A stretch of 64,000 nt of DNA. It comes from Octopus sinensis. Taxonomy: Eukaryota. The position numbers and the translations under genes are program-made. The notes below the pieces were generated by a model. That model was not told the DNA's origin. It saw only the letters and a program-made list of their open reading frames with translations, and did no database searches. Each line of letters starts with the position of its first letter. Position 1 is the stretch's first letter. The stretch lies in the NCBI RefSeq assembly GCF_006345805.1, contig NC_043002.1:9858001-9922000 (forward strand). The letters run 5' to 3'. Positions 12,900 through 25,640 of the stretch are shown here, piece by piece.

Positions 12900-13500
12900 T
12901 CGTCGCGAAGAAGCGCGCAGTATGGACGTCTTTGGATCTGGTCAACGTAACGCAGCGCTGTGATGCCATTCCCTCTGACTGCACCAACGTTTTGGAACAC
13001 ATGGGGCCCAGTTCTCTGATTCAGGCCTACAGCTCCCAAAACCATGATGCTTTGGCTACCCCACGTGTCTCTCTCCATTACACATGCATCTCTGTAGAGT
13101 TCATCCCTCCCTACGCCATACCCTCACTCTACCATCCGATGTGGAAACAAAGTACCGGCTCTCGTCAGAGAAGACTATCGACTTCCATTGCTAATGCCAC
13201 CAATATCTGTGCTGTGTAGCTCACTGTAGTCATGCCTGACGGTGGCGGGCGGTGAGGACAGGCTCTCGAGTAGGACGACGTCAATGCAGGTTGTTGGCGG
13301 CCAGTCGACGTGGTACCGAGTCCCGCTGATGGGTCGCTGTCCAGTTCCAATGGTCTCGCGAGCTGTCACGCTGATCGGTCTGAAGCGAGTACGGAGGTGT
13401 CGCAGATGGATGAAGGGGTCCTGCCTGGGCGTGTTATTCCCTTCTTATCAACACTGTAGTTTATGTGATTTATAATCTGAGTCGGCGTAGTTCGCTTTGA
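12900..13500 (-). mobile_element. Decayed Tc1-like transposase of a second family
   Basis: GSQSIMVLGAVG ... GNGITALRYVDQI resembles Tc1 GGGSVMVWG ... RYxDxIL. Confidence 0.55.
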
Positions 13501-13922
13501 AACCACGTTCGTTCAGTTTCAGTCCTACTGGGTGTCACCTTGTGTCAGTTCTTTTCCCTCGTCCTGAAGACAAATGAGGGTTCAGTAAAATAAAGCGGTA
13601 ATCATGTTCTATGAACACGAAATGTGTCTCTTGGGGCTTGCTTGTGCCTTGCAAACTGTTTGAGAAATGGAAGAAGACGAAGACTCAGTTTGCTTCAGTG
13701 GTTGTGGATCATTTACTAAGCGTCTTATTAAGGGTTGTCAAGGCCTGCTTTGCTTCGTGTCACAAAACCAGAATGACAGGTAAGTTTTCCATTTAGAGGA
13801 AGCAGCGTTATGTCAGCATGCTTTCATACTTGCACAAAGTTGGTCCCGATGTTGGAGTCGACTTTGCTCAAATCTTTAAACTGAAGAGAAGCAGAACTGG
13901 CGCCATGTTCTGTATTATGACG

Positions 13923-13968
<46 letters not shown>

Positions 13969-13979
13969 TGTGTGTGTGT

Positions 13980-14980
13980 GAACACATTCCCCGTCACCCG
14001 TCAGACAAACTGTTTTTCGACAAGAAAACAAACAATATATAGATTATTCTATTAAATAATTATCCTTCCTTTAATTATGCCTATAATGCTTTATAAGTTT
14101 GGCAATAGGCCACCAATTTCAGAGAGTCGGGTAAATCAATTACATCGACTCTAAATGTGCGTGAGTATGTCTGTGTTCTTGTATATTGTATGGCTTTCTG
14201 CATTTTTGTGCCTCTCTCTCCCAACACTTGTCAATCCATGACAATATATTTAAGACTTAGCGGTCCAAGAAACTGATAGAATAAGAGAAGCATCTAGAAA
14301 TAAGCAAGTACAGCACTGGCGTTGATTTGTTCATTTAAATTACTCAAGTTGGCCGCGGTCATATAAAATACTAAACAAGTAAACGTTAAAAGAATTCCAA
14401 TTTTAATTTTGCTCTACTTAGGAATTAAAACGTAGTTTGTCAGAGTCTTCCTTGGAAAAGAAACAGACACGTTTTAAATAATAATATAAAAAAAGAAGAA
14501 GCGGGATTCTAACGGTTTGTCAGTTCAAACGTTTGACTGGAAATGTTTACGTTGATATTTTTACATCTTCATGAGAGCGAAGTGAAGTTAGACGTCGGAC
14601 CGAAGAGGTCGTGTGTTACAAGGACAATACAGCAGTGATATGGAGGAAATGTATAAGCGAAATTAATACCTCAAATTATATACTCACGCGTCTGCACAGT
14701 CTCCTCCCGATGTTGATTCTATTCGAATGTTTCTAGTTCCTAAAATTTTGCATGTGTGAGTCCAGCATTCATCGTCTTCTGGGGCTGCCCACGTTGTACC
14801 ATTCTCAACACATTCCCCGTCACCCGTCAGACAAACTGTTTTTCGATAAGAAAACAAACAATATATAGATTATTCTATTAAATAATTATCATTCCTTTAA
14901 TTATGCCTATAATGCTTTATAAGTTTGGCAATAGGCCACCAATTTCAGAGAGTCAGGTAAATCAATTACATTGACTCTAA
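13980..14980 (+). repeat. ~172-bp direct duplication (13980-14153 and 14807-14980)
   Basis: aacacattccccgtcacccgtcagac ... ctctaaa occurs twice, near-identical. Confidence 0.85.
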
Positions 14981-15238
14981 AGCACGACAGCTACTTATTT
15001 CATCAACCTCGAAGGGATCAAATGCAAACTAGACCTCGATGAAGTTTGAACTCGGATCCGGAGTCCATGGGAAATACTGATAGACCTTTTGCCTGGCGTG
15101 CTATTTTGCCCGCTCACTCCTTTTGTTAGAGTTTTTCTTGTCTATATGTTTATCAGAGATAATTCATTAGGCATTTTTTATATTGAGTTCATATTCTTCT
15201 TAAAATCGGAATCGTTAATGGAAACTTCAAGTATGTAA

Positions 15239-15436
15239 GGCGGTGAATTGGCAGAAACGTTAGCCCTCGCGAAATGCTTAGTGGTATTTCGTCTGCTGTT
15301 ACATTCTGAGTTCAAATTCCGCCGAGATTGACTTTGCCTTTCGTCCTTTCGGAGTTACGCACTGGTGTCGATGTAATTGACTTAATCCCTTTATCTGTCC
15401 CCTATATGTTTAGCCCCTTGTGGGCAATAAAGAAAT
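15239..15436 (+). mobile_element. SINE family B, diverged monomer
   Basis: Head and body match; ggaaacttcaagtatgtaa is duplicated at the flanks. Confidence 0.8.
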
Positions 15437-15490
15437 AAGGAAACTTCAAGTATGTAAAAACAAAGTTCAGTGTTGGTGATTATACACATA

Positions 15491-15583
15491 CGAGGATGGA
15501 TTCAAAAGTTCATAGGCTGAAAATGAAAGAGTGATGCTAGAACTGCAATAGTCATTGATTTCAGATCTTCAAATTAATAACCG

Positions 15584-15641
<58 letters not shown>

Positions 15642-16996
15642 TTTGTTCAGGTAACGAGCCTCACTGTTTAAAGCAGACTTCAAAAATAATTAGTTGCGAG
15701 TTCTCTAGAAAATATACAACATTTGGCATCGTGATGTTATCAGTTACTGACAGGGAAAGTATTTGTCCCCCTGCCCCAGGACATTCATGCTGACATGATT
15801 GTTATATTAGAGAGGTGGAGGCGCAATGGCCCAGTGGTTAGGGCAGCGGACTCGCAGTCATAGGATCGCGGTTTCGATTCCCAGACCAGGCGTTGTGAGT
15901 GTTTATTGAGCGAAAACACCTAAAGCTCCACGAGGCTCCGGCAGGGGATGGTGGTGATCCCTGCTGTACTCTTTCACCACAACTTTCCCTCACTCTTACT
16001 TCCTGTTTCTGTTGTACCTGTATTTCAAAGGGCCGGCCTTGTCACTCTCTGTGTCACGCTGAATATTCCCGAGAACTACGTTAAGGGTACACGTGTCTGT
16101 GGAGTGCTCAGCCACTTACACGTTAATTTCACGAGCAGGCTGTTCCGTTGATTCGGATCAACCGGAACCCTCATCGTCGTAACCGACGGAGTGCTTCACT
16201 TCCCTCCCCGCTATATTAGAGAATGACACTCCAGCTTTATCACTCGACTGCACACAAGTCAGCAGTTGCATTTGCGAAGGAAAGGCTAAGTCTGGAGGTC
16301 CTGCAAATACCACCACCGACGAAAATATCAATCACGTTTATCACATAACAGGCGATTGACTATAAATCGAATAGTCAATGCTAATAGCATATCCTGCTCT
16401 TTGAAGGTTTCTCCTCGGTGACTTCCACGTATTTTGACACCTTATGAAAGGCATACTAGGCTCATCCTATCACGGGAAATCTGACATTGTTTGAGGCATG
16501 TCCTGTTTAGTTCAACGTTTCCTAATCCAAGAGCAGTATTAGCTTAATAACTTGGAACCAGAAACCAATTATTTTAATGAATATCTTCAAAAGAGCCATA
16601 CCATTAATACAGAGTACCCCGGGCATCTCGCTGAGGGAGTTTCAAAAGGCCATCAAGAAGAAACGCTGGGTATGAATGTGGCTTTGAACTGGTTGGTCAC
16701 CCTCCTTATTCTCCCGATTTTGCCCCATCTGTCTACAATATGTATATCACCTCTTCTCTAACATGAAAGAAAAAATAAACTTGGCTGGGAAGCAATATCT
16801 CAGCGATGACGTCATGTCTATTGTTGTTGACATTTTTCACAGAGAGAATCAAAGTTTCTTCACCAATGAGCTTCAAGAACTTCGAAACTGATAAATGTGT
16901 CGACCGCAGCGGGTACTATACTGAGAAATAAACTTCATTAGGTGGCATTCCATCAGATTGTCTTGGTAAGCCTATGAACTTCACAGCCGGACCTCG
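15491..16996 (+). mobile_element. Decayed mariner element with a nested SINE D and (TG)n
   Basis: Imperfect TIRs cgagg..aaagttcataggct / agcctatgaactt..cctcg with TA flanks; HPPYSPDFAPS near 16700. Confidence 0.7.
15815..16197 (+). mobile_element. SINE family D
   Basis: tRNA-like head; near-identical copies at 18447-18826 and 40918-41300. Confidence 0.85.
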
Positions 16997-17050
16997 TATT
17001 GATACCAGTTGATAATGCATACAGACATAAAGCACATTCTTTGAAATATG

Positions 17051-17788
17051 CCTATTTCTTTACTACCCACAAGGGGCTAAACACAGAGAGGACAAACAAG
17101 GACAGACAAACGGATTAAGTCGATTACATCGACCCCAGTGCGTAACTGGTACTTATTTAATCGATCTCGAAAGGATGAAAGGCAAAGTCGACCTCGGCGG
17201 AATTTGAACTCAGAACATAAAGACAGACGAAATACTTATTTCTTTACTACCCACAAGGGGCTAAACACAGAGGGGACAAACAAGGACAGACAAACGGATT
17301 AAGTCGATTACACCGACCCCAGTGCGTAACTGGTACTTATTTAATCGATCCCGAAAGGATGAAAGGCAAAGTCGACCTCGGCGGAATTTGAACTCAGAAC
17401 ATAAAGACAGACAAAATACCTATTTCTTTACTACCCACAAAAGGCTAAACACAGAGGGGACAAACAAGGACAGACAAACGGATTAAGTCGATTACACCGA
17501 CCCCAGTGCGTAACTGGTACTTATTTAATCGATCCCGAAAGGATGAAAGGCAAAGTCGACCTCGGCGGAATTTGAACTCAGAACATAAAGACAGACGAAA
17601 TACCTATTTCTTTACTACCCACAAGGGGCTAAACACAAAGAGGACAAACAAGGACAGACAAACGGATTAAGTCGATTACATCGACCCCAGTGCGTAACTG
17701 GTACTTATTCGAATTCAGTACGTAACGGCAGACGAAATACCGCTTAGAATTCGTCTAGCGTGCTAACGATTCTGCCAGCTCGCCGCCT
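17051..17788 (-). mobile_element. SINE family B, tetrameric
   Basis: Four ~184-bp tandem bodies behind a single head; ttctttgaaatat on both flanks. Confidence 0.85.
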
Positions 17789-18446
17789 TATTCTTTGAAA
17801 TATACCAGGTCAGGTAACGTATAATTCAAGCTAAATATTGAAATATAAGAATCGGTTATTTTATTTGTCTTTAGCCCTAGGATTCCTAAGACCAATTATC
17901 CAGCTTCCATGACGTTTAAGCGACCAAGATCCCCATGCGCAGGAGGTCTATTAGTTACAGGCTTTAATGCCAGCAATTTTCGAGGATAGACAACCAGTTA
18001 ATATCAGCGACTCCGGTATTTAACTGGTACCTTAATTTTCGACCTGTATGGGGGTGAAAGGTAAAGTTAAACTTGGCAGGATATAAGTTCAGAACGTAAA
18101 GGACCGGAAGAAATGTGGCTAAGCATTTTGTTCGACGCGCCAACGATTCTACCAGCCACCATAATTAGTGCGCCTGCAAAAATGTTTTGCGTTGCTTAGA
18201 TACATTTCGTTATGCGCTGAGATCAAACACTACTGTGTTGGACATTACATTTCGTTACTTAAGCTCACTAAACTAAGGATTCGCCATTTACTGGGTTTGA
18301 TATGACTGTCTGGGAGTTGGCGTACACCAATCTCACAGTTAACGCTGGTAGATTGTCAGTAATTAAGAGTTACCAAACAAGGTTTATCTCATTCAAATGA
18401 ATGCAACTATAACCCGTCGTTGGGGTTTTGATATTTCAAAACATGT

Positions 18447-18826
18447 GGAAGCACTCCGTCGGTTACGACGACGAGTGCTCCGGTTGATCCGAATCAACGG
18501 AACAGCCTGCTCGTGAAATTAACGTGTAAGTGGCTGAGCACTCCACAGACACGTGCACCCTTAACGTAGTTCTCGGGGATATTCAGCGTGATACAGAGAG
18601 AGAGACAAGGCCGGCCCCTTGAAATACAGGTACAACAGAAACAGGAAGTAAAAGTGAGAGAAAGTTGTGGTGAAAGAGTACAGCAGGGATCACCACCATC
18701 CCTGCCGGAGCCTTGTGGAACTTTTAGGTGTTTTCGCTCAATAAACACTCACAACGCCCGGTCTGGGAATCGAAACCGCGATCCTATGACCGCGAGTCCA
18801 CTGCCCTAACCACTGGGCCATTGCGC
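18447..18826 (-). mobile_element. SINE family D
   Basis: Reverse complement of 15815-16197. Confidence 0.85.
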
Positions 18827-19097
18827 AGCGAAGAGAGGAAAGGAAAATTTTCTTTGTCAACTTACACACAGATTTTGCATATACTTTCCATTCAACGTCG
18901 CTCATACGATGGCATGTTCTGGTGGCACACATAATTTCCAGCTTTTCAAGCCATTCTTCTTCATATTTGCGGCATTTGTCTTCAAAGAAACATCCTTTAC
19001 AATCTGAATAAAAATACATAGATTAAAAATTTATTACACACATGTGAGTGAGAACACTTTGAGATATTTTTGGTATCTAACATATGTCAGATACTGC

Positions 19098-19205
19098 GAG
19101 CGCTGCTTCTGATTGGTCAATCCATGGTGATGACCCGAGGTCACGGTGACAGCGCTGCTTCTGATTGGTCAATCCATGGTGATGATCTGAGGTCACGGTG
19201 ACGGC
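19098..19205. repeat. Two ~53-bp tandem units containing ctgattgg
   Basis: gcgctgcttctgattggtcaatccatggtgatga..gaggtcacggtgac occurs twice. Confidence 0.85.
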
Positions 19206-19311
19206 ACTACTTTTGTCATTCATAAGTTACAACTAAACATGAAGAATTTAGTTATTGGGTTAATAAAATATGGTCGTTTATTCGTGTGTAATAAATAAAA
19301 TACCAAACTCA

Positions 19312-19429
19312 TTCCCTATGGATACCGTATTTATTACAACTCGTGGCTTGTAAACGTATCTAACGAGCGAAAGCGAGTTAGATACGTTTACAAGCCACGA
19401 GTTGTAATAAATACGGTATCCATAGGGAA
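19312..19429. repeat. Perfect 53-bp-arm hairpin with a GA-GCGAAAGC-GA cap
   Basis: ttccctatgg...tatctaac / gttagata...ccatagggaa are exact reverse complements. Confidence 0.9.
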
Positions 19430-19831
19430 CTCGTTTGATATTCTCTATATATCTACTACGCTGTATTGTGGATATTTCGTCAGGTAGTTTTATTATAATC
19501 ACTAGAAGATAAAGATGGTTCCGATAATATCCAACTTTTTTGCTTCCTTCTAATTCATATATGAAATTCAGTCGGATCATATATGTTTTCTCCCACTCCT
19601 GTTTTCATTAAACAAATTTGATGAACTGATACTTTCTCTCTAAATGCTTCTCCTACCCAAAGGCGTGATTTAGACAAGCCAAAAGGTTTTGGCACGAACT
19701 GGTATATCGCATAAAGTACAAAAAACACCGATATTCAGATTTTGGTAGAGGTTAGTTTGCTGACAATAAAAAACAAAAAAGCAATAATAATAATTTCTGC
19801 TATTGTCACAAGGTCTGAAATTTTAGGGGAA

Positions 19832-20188
19832 AGGGACTAGTCGATTACATCGATCGCAGTGTTTCACTGGTATTTAATTTATCTATCCCGAGGGATGAAA
19901 GGCAAAATCGACCTCAGCGTAGTTCGAACTCAGAACGTAGTGGCAGACGAAATACCTATTTCTTTATTACCCACAAGGAGCTAAACATAGAGAGGACAAA
20001 CAAGGACAGACATAGATATTAAGTCGATTACATCGACCCCGGTGCGTAACTGGTACTTAATTTATCGACCCCGAAAGGATGAAAGGCAAAGTCGACCTCG
20101 GCAGAATTTGAAATGACAACGTAACGACAGACGAAATACCGCAAAGCATTTCGCCCGGCGTGCTAACGATTCTGCCAGCTCGCCGCCT
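19832..20188 (-). mobile_element. SINE family B with an additional diverged body
   Basis: Matches family B. Confidence 0.8.
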
Positions 20189-20331
20189 TAATACCGCTAA
20201 GCATTACACATATAGTAAGTGAATGTAACATGTTGGCACAGAATACAAAAAATACGGAATACAAGAAAAGACATGACAATCTAGGGAGAGGTGATTATAA
20301 ACGAGAAAAAAAGCAACAAGAATGGATTAGT

Positions 20332-20422
20332 TTTTAGTACAATTGTTTCATACAAAGACAGGCTTTATTACAAGTTGCAAAAATTGCAGCAGATAAAAGT
20401 GTCCCGTACTCATCAGCTAAAA
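20332..20422 (-). ncRNA. Type I hammerhead motif (AATT family, copy 1)
   Basis: Reverse complement of 25550-25640, within a ~280-bp repeat at 20290-20570. Confidence 0.8.
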
Positions 20423-20639
20423 TACATATGAGTTCTCTAGACATCTTAGTGGGTGAGGTTATACTCATGAAATATTGGAGATAATTCCATTAAAGGCAGA
20501 TATAGGTTGTAAACAGTTTTCCAAAGTTCCTTAATGATGATGCACAGTCTTATCACAGATTTTAAAAAACAATCCACCGAGAGGTATGTAGAAAGCTAGT
20601 TCTTGAAAATACTGATAAATTGTATGAACATGAACTTAA

Positions 20640-21155
20640 AGTACAAGAAAGTAAAGAAATACAAGATGTGGTGGGACTTTAGCATTCAGACTGACAGAGT
20701 AATAGAAGTTAGAAGGCTTGTTTTTGGTAGTAGTAAATATAAAGAATAGAAAGTGCCATATAATTGACTTTGTAAAGTCAAGACTGTAGTCCCAAAAGAT
20801 GAAAAAATTAATATTAGAAGTATAGAAAAATAGCAAAGTACCAGGACCTAGCTATTGAATTACAGAGACTTTGGAAATTGTGGATAAAATATATCCCATT
20901 AGTTTTAGGTGCATGCGTAACTATCCCTAAAACTCTAATAAGGTGGATAGAGGAAACGGACATTGAAACCCGGTTTAGTACAGCTGCAGAAAACGGTATT
21001 ATTGGGGACAGTTTGGATACTTAGGAGGGTTCTTGGCATCTAAGGTTACTTGCTGTAACCCAATAGGAAGATTCTTGGCATCAAAGGATAATCAATGTAG
21101 TCCGATTTTAGGATTCTTTTCTTTTCCAAAAGTCTAATCTGTTGAGTGTATATGA
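20640..21155 (+). pseudogene. R4/Dong LINE 3' end (RLE domain, decayed)
   Basis: WWDFSIQTD ... KYQDLAIELQRLW ... LQKTVLLGT; followed by (TAA)n/(CTA)n. Confidence 0.75.
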
Positions 21156-21255
21156 ATAATAATGTCAATAATACTAATACTAATAAAAATAAAATAATAA
21201 TAATAATAATAATGATGATGATGATGATACTACTACTACTACTACTACTACTACT

Positions 21256-21309
<54 letters not shown>

Positions 21310-21315
21310 ATAATA

Positions 21316-21375
<60 letters not shown>

Positions 21376-21933
21376 TAAGCCCTGATGCAGTACCAGACAG
21401 TGGCTCTCACGGCTTCAGTTCTTAACTGATTGGAAGTGTTATCATGTACATTGTTTTGTCTTGGTATAAAAGATGGGCTACAGCAAATATTCTGCTCAAT
21501 ACCACAGATTTGCTTATCAGTTGTTTGACCTTAACCAGTTGACCATATCCCTTAGTGGCTGACGATATGTGCATCTCTGATCATGAGCAGATGTAGTGGG
21601 GGAGCATCATAGCCGTGTGTTGAGAGGGATTCTTAGAGGTTTGGATAATTCACCTATGGAAACATGGGTGGTTCGTTCAACATCCTTAAGCAATCCATAT
21701 TCAGAGACCTTTTGAGCGGGAAGGGCTACTCGACCAGATGAAAATTGTAACTGGACCCCCACCTGCAAGGTCATGTGCTGTTTATCTTGATATGAGATCA
21801 CCATGTCGCGCACAAATAGTTGTGATGCATGTGCCTGGTGTACCTTTATCAGACGGGTAGTCATGGTGGGTATACTGGGCTTTGTATATTTTACCCTAGT
21901 GTCACTTTGATGGCATGCACCGCTCTCTCACTC

Positions 21934-21934
<1 letters not shown>
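21376..21934 (+). mobile_element. ~560-bp non-coding element embedded in (TAA)n
   Basis: Complex sequence with sharp (TAA)n borders on both sides; no credible ORF. Confidence 0.5.
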
Positions 21935-21968
<34 letters not shown>

Positions 21969-21979
21969 TAATAATAAGA

Positions 21980-24045
21980 AATAGGGGAACTTCAAAGCGA
22001 ACAAAAATACAGACATTGGAAAAGAAATATAATACTGAAAGAAAGGGCCTGAAAGTGGTAATGATGGAACTGTAACAGCACCGCCAAAAGAATAGGTTAT
22101 ACAGAGTAGATCAGAAGATATTCTATAAAGAAATAAATGGAGAGTGCACAGATAAAAAGTTGATACCAGGGAACAATGAATGTCAGAGGTTTGAGAGTGA
22201 CATATGGAGGAAAGGCGGCGAGCTGGCAGAGACGTTAGCACGCCGGGCGAAGTGCTTCGCGGTATTTCGCCCGTCACTACGTTCTGAGTTCAAATTCCGC
22301 CGAGGTCGACTTTGCCTTTCATCCTTTCGGAGTCGATAAATTAAGTAGCAGTTACGCACTGGGGCCGATGTAATCGACTTAATCCGTTTGTCTGTCCTTG
22401 TTTGTCCCCTCTATGTTTAGCCCCTTGTGGGTAGTAAAGAAACATATGGAGGAAAGACAAAGCGAAAAAGAAGGATGCTGAATGGTGGCAAGAACTGAAA
22501 CAAACAGTAGTCTGTCCAAAACAGGCAGAACTAATCATTTCATTTAGGGAAGTGAAGGAAATTAGCAAAAAAAAAAAGCAAAAAAAAAAAACAGCCACCA
22601 ACTGGAAAGCTCCGGGACCAGATGGAGTTCAAGGCTACTAGATCAAAAGATTTGGTGAATGTCATGCACGAATAGCTGCACAGCTCAACACCTTGTTAAA
22701 TGCCGACCAGGTAACACCAGAATGGTTGATATTGGGTAGGACTGTGCTGTGCCTGAAAAACATCGTAGAAGGCAATACGGTAGACAATTACAAGCCGATA
22801 TCCTATTTGCCACTTATGTGGAAGTTATTGACTGGAATACTCGTAGAGTCAATTTACGAATATTTGGAAAAAAATGGAGTCTTGCCACATGAGCAGAAGG
22901 GTTGCAAACGTAAGTGCAGAGGTACCAAGGATCAACTCCTGACAGACAAAACTGTACTCAGAGACTGCAAGAGGAGGAAAAGTAACTTAGCCATGTCATG
23001 GATCGACTAGCGTAAGACGTACGATATGATCCCACATTCTTGGATTATGGAGTGTATGGACCTATTTGGTATTGCATCGAATAATGAGCGATTGCTGGGA
23101 GAAATTATGGCGAATTGGAGGACGAACCTGACAGTAAAAGACGGCTAGGGAGAGTAGAAATCAGGTGGGGTATCTTCCAAGGGGACTGCCTGTCCCCACT
23201 GATCTGTGCTTGATACCACTAACACTGATTCAGAGGAAAGCAAAAGCTGGGTATATATTCAAAAGCCGCCAACAAAAAGTCAACCATTTGTTATTCATGG
23301 ATGACCTCAAACTTTATGGTAAAGATGAAGCCCAAGTTAGTTCCCTCGTTGATACGGGGTATACTTTCAGTGCTGATATCAGAACGGAGTTCGGACTGAG
23401 AAAGTGTGCTGTGTTAGTCTTGAAGAGAGGCAAAATCAAATGTATGGACGGGTTAATGATACCGCCGGGGGAGGTTATGAAGCAGATAGGAGAGACGGTG
23501 TATAAGTACTTGAGGATTTTGGAAATGAATAAATAGATGGAAAAAGAAATGATAGAAAAATTTAAAGTGGTGTACCTGCGCGGACTGAGACTGATCCTTA
23601 ATTCGAAATTAAACGGACGGAATAAGATCGAAGCTATCAACACCTGGGTGGTTTCACTCTTTAGATATGGGACATTCCACTAAAAAAGTGACACAGACAG
23701 ATTGTATTTACTAAGAAAACGTAGGTGAAGAGGACGTAATGGATGCGAACTCAGCATTAGAGGATAAGAAAACAACATAGCATGGTCTGTGAAAAATGCC
23801 ACAGAACCGCTATTATTAGAAGTAGGAAGGTCGGGCTTGTGTAGGATGAAAGATTGCAAAGATAAAGCACTATACAAGAAATTGAAAACGAATGAATCTG
23901 AAAATAGGTGGGCAAAGAAAAGAATGCATGGTCAGTTTCATAGGGATGTTGAAGATAAGACAAACAGAGAAAAAGATGGCTGTGGAGGACTAAAAGTAAT
24001 TTAAAACCGGAAGCAGAGGCTCCAATCTGTGCTGCCCGAGAGCTT
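21980..24045 (+). pseudogene. R4/Dong-clade reverse transcriptase pseudogene
   Basis: [43 protein letters not shown]; stops and frameshifts; a SINE B is inserted at 22214. Confidence 0.9.
22214..22442 (+). mobile_element. SINE family B monomer with TSD catatggaggaaag
   Basis: A 14-bp duplication flanks the insert. Confidence 0.9.
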
Positions 24046-24286
24046 TGACATAGAGTTTGGAATTACTATTTTGGATTTTAAAATTGAATTTGTTAGCGTT
24101 ACGTGGATGTATAAACTTTAATATGCATATAACAGAAGCTTAAACATTGTGGATTAAATTCAGCTTAGACATTAAGTTTGGATTTACTATTTAGGATTTT
24201 AAAATTCAATTTGTTCGCTTTACGTGGATGTATTAAGTAATATCTAGATTATGTTTGTCTGATTTACGCATATATTTTGTTTGTGC

Positions 24287-24323
<37 letters not shown>

Positions 24324-24462
24324 ATTAAGATTCAAGTAAATTCCAATGAATTTACTTGAATGTGGTACTTAACTTAGATGCACCAGAAAAACTATATGGT
24401 GTTAACCATACAGTAATGTGGGGTGATTATAAACGAGAAAGAAGCAACAAGAATGGATTAGT

Positions 24463-24553
24463 TTTTAGTACAATTGTTTCATACAAAGACAGGCTTTATT
24501 ACAAGTTGCAAAAATTGCAGCAGATAAAAGTGTCCCGTACTCATCAGCTAAAA
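24463..24553 (-). ncRNA. Type I hammerhead motif (AATT family, copy 2)
   Basis: Reverse complement of 25550-25640. Confidence 0.8.
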
Positions 24554-25549
24554 TACATATGAGTTCTCTAGACATCTTAGTGGGTGAGGTTATACTCATG
24601 AAATATTGGAGATAATTCCATTAAAGGCAGATATAGGTTTTAAACAGTTTTCCAAAGTTCCTTAATGATGATGCACCGTCTTATCACAGATTTTTAAAAA
24701 CTTATTAGTTTCGAAGAGAAGATGAATTAATCCATAGTGTAGATTTAAATTTCCAGAGATAAGAGGAGGATGATGCACAGACTTATCACAGGTTTTTAAA
24801 AACTTATTAGCTTCACAGAAAAGGTGTATTAATCCGTAGTGAAGATTTAAATTTCCAGCGGTAAGAGGAGGAATTTCATACTCACAGACGATGTATTTAA
24901 CCATTATTAATCCACAATCATTTCATGCTATATGATAAGGTAATTTGCCATATTACTGCTCTCCGAGCAAAACTGCTATGTTAAGATTTCTAAAGGCTGA
25001 AGGAATTTATTTGTGGGGCAAAGAAAATAAAATAAGAGAAAAAAGAAAAGAGACAAGGAAAAAAGAAAAAGAAAAAGGAGAAGAAGAAGAAAGAAGGAAA
25101 AGAAAAAGAAAAAGAAAAAGAAAAAAAAGAAAAAGGAAAAGAAAAAAAGAAAAAAGGGGAAGAGGGAGAAAAGAAAAGGCGCCTATATAGAGTATACAGC
25201 GACAACTTAGCGGAAGGGGGTTCCAAAGTGACCAAATACAGAAGAATTTGTAGACAATTTAGTTAGCTTGAATCTTTAAGAATTCAGGAACTATGAAGAG
25301 AAAATTATTTTTTTATATATATATATATTTTTTTTTTATCATATCTCTGGAAATTTAAATCTACACTATGGATTAATTCATCTTCTCTTCGAAACTAATA
25401 AGTTTTTAAAAATCTGTGATAAGACGGTGCATCATCATTAAGGAACTTTGGAAAACTGTTTACAACCTATATCTGCCTTTAATGGAATTATCTCCAATAT
25501 TTCATGAGTATAACCTCACCCACTAAGATGTCTAGAGAACTCAAATGTA

Positions 25550-25640
25550 TTTTAGCTGATGAGTACGGGACACTTTTATCTGCTGCAATTTTTGCAACTT
25601 GTAATAAAGCCTGTCTTTGTATGAAACAATTGTACTAAAA
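25550..25640 (+). ncRNA. Type I hammerhead motif (AATT family, copy 3)
   Basis: ttttag-CTGATGA-gtacgggaca ... tgtctttgtat-GAAAC-AATT-GTA-ctaaaa; 6-bp stem I and an intact core. Confidence 0.85.

Noticed and set aside
15815-15890. tRNA gene
   Set aside because: The A/B boxes continue into a SINE body shared by three copies; no complete cloverleaf was evident.
17051-17700. Regular repeats resembling a CRISPR array
   Set aside because: Whole ~184-bp units repeat with no unique spacers, there are no cas genes, and the context is eukaryotic.
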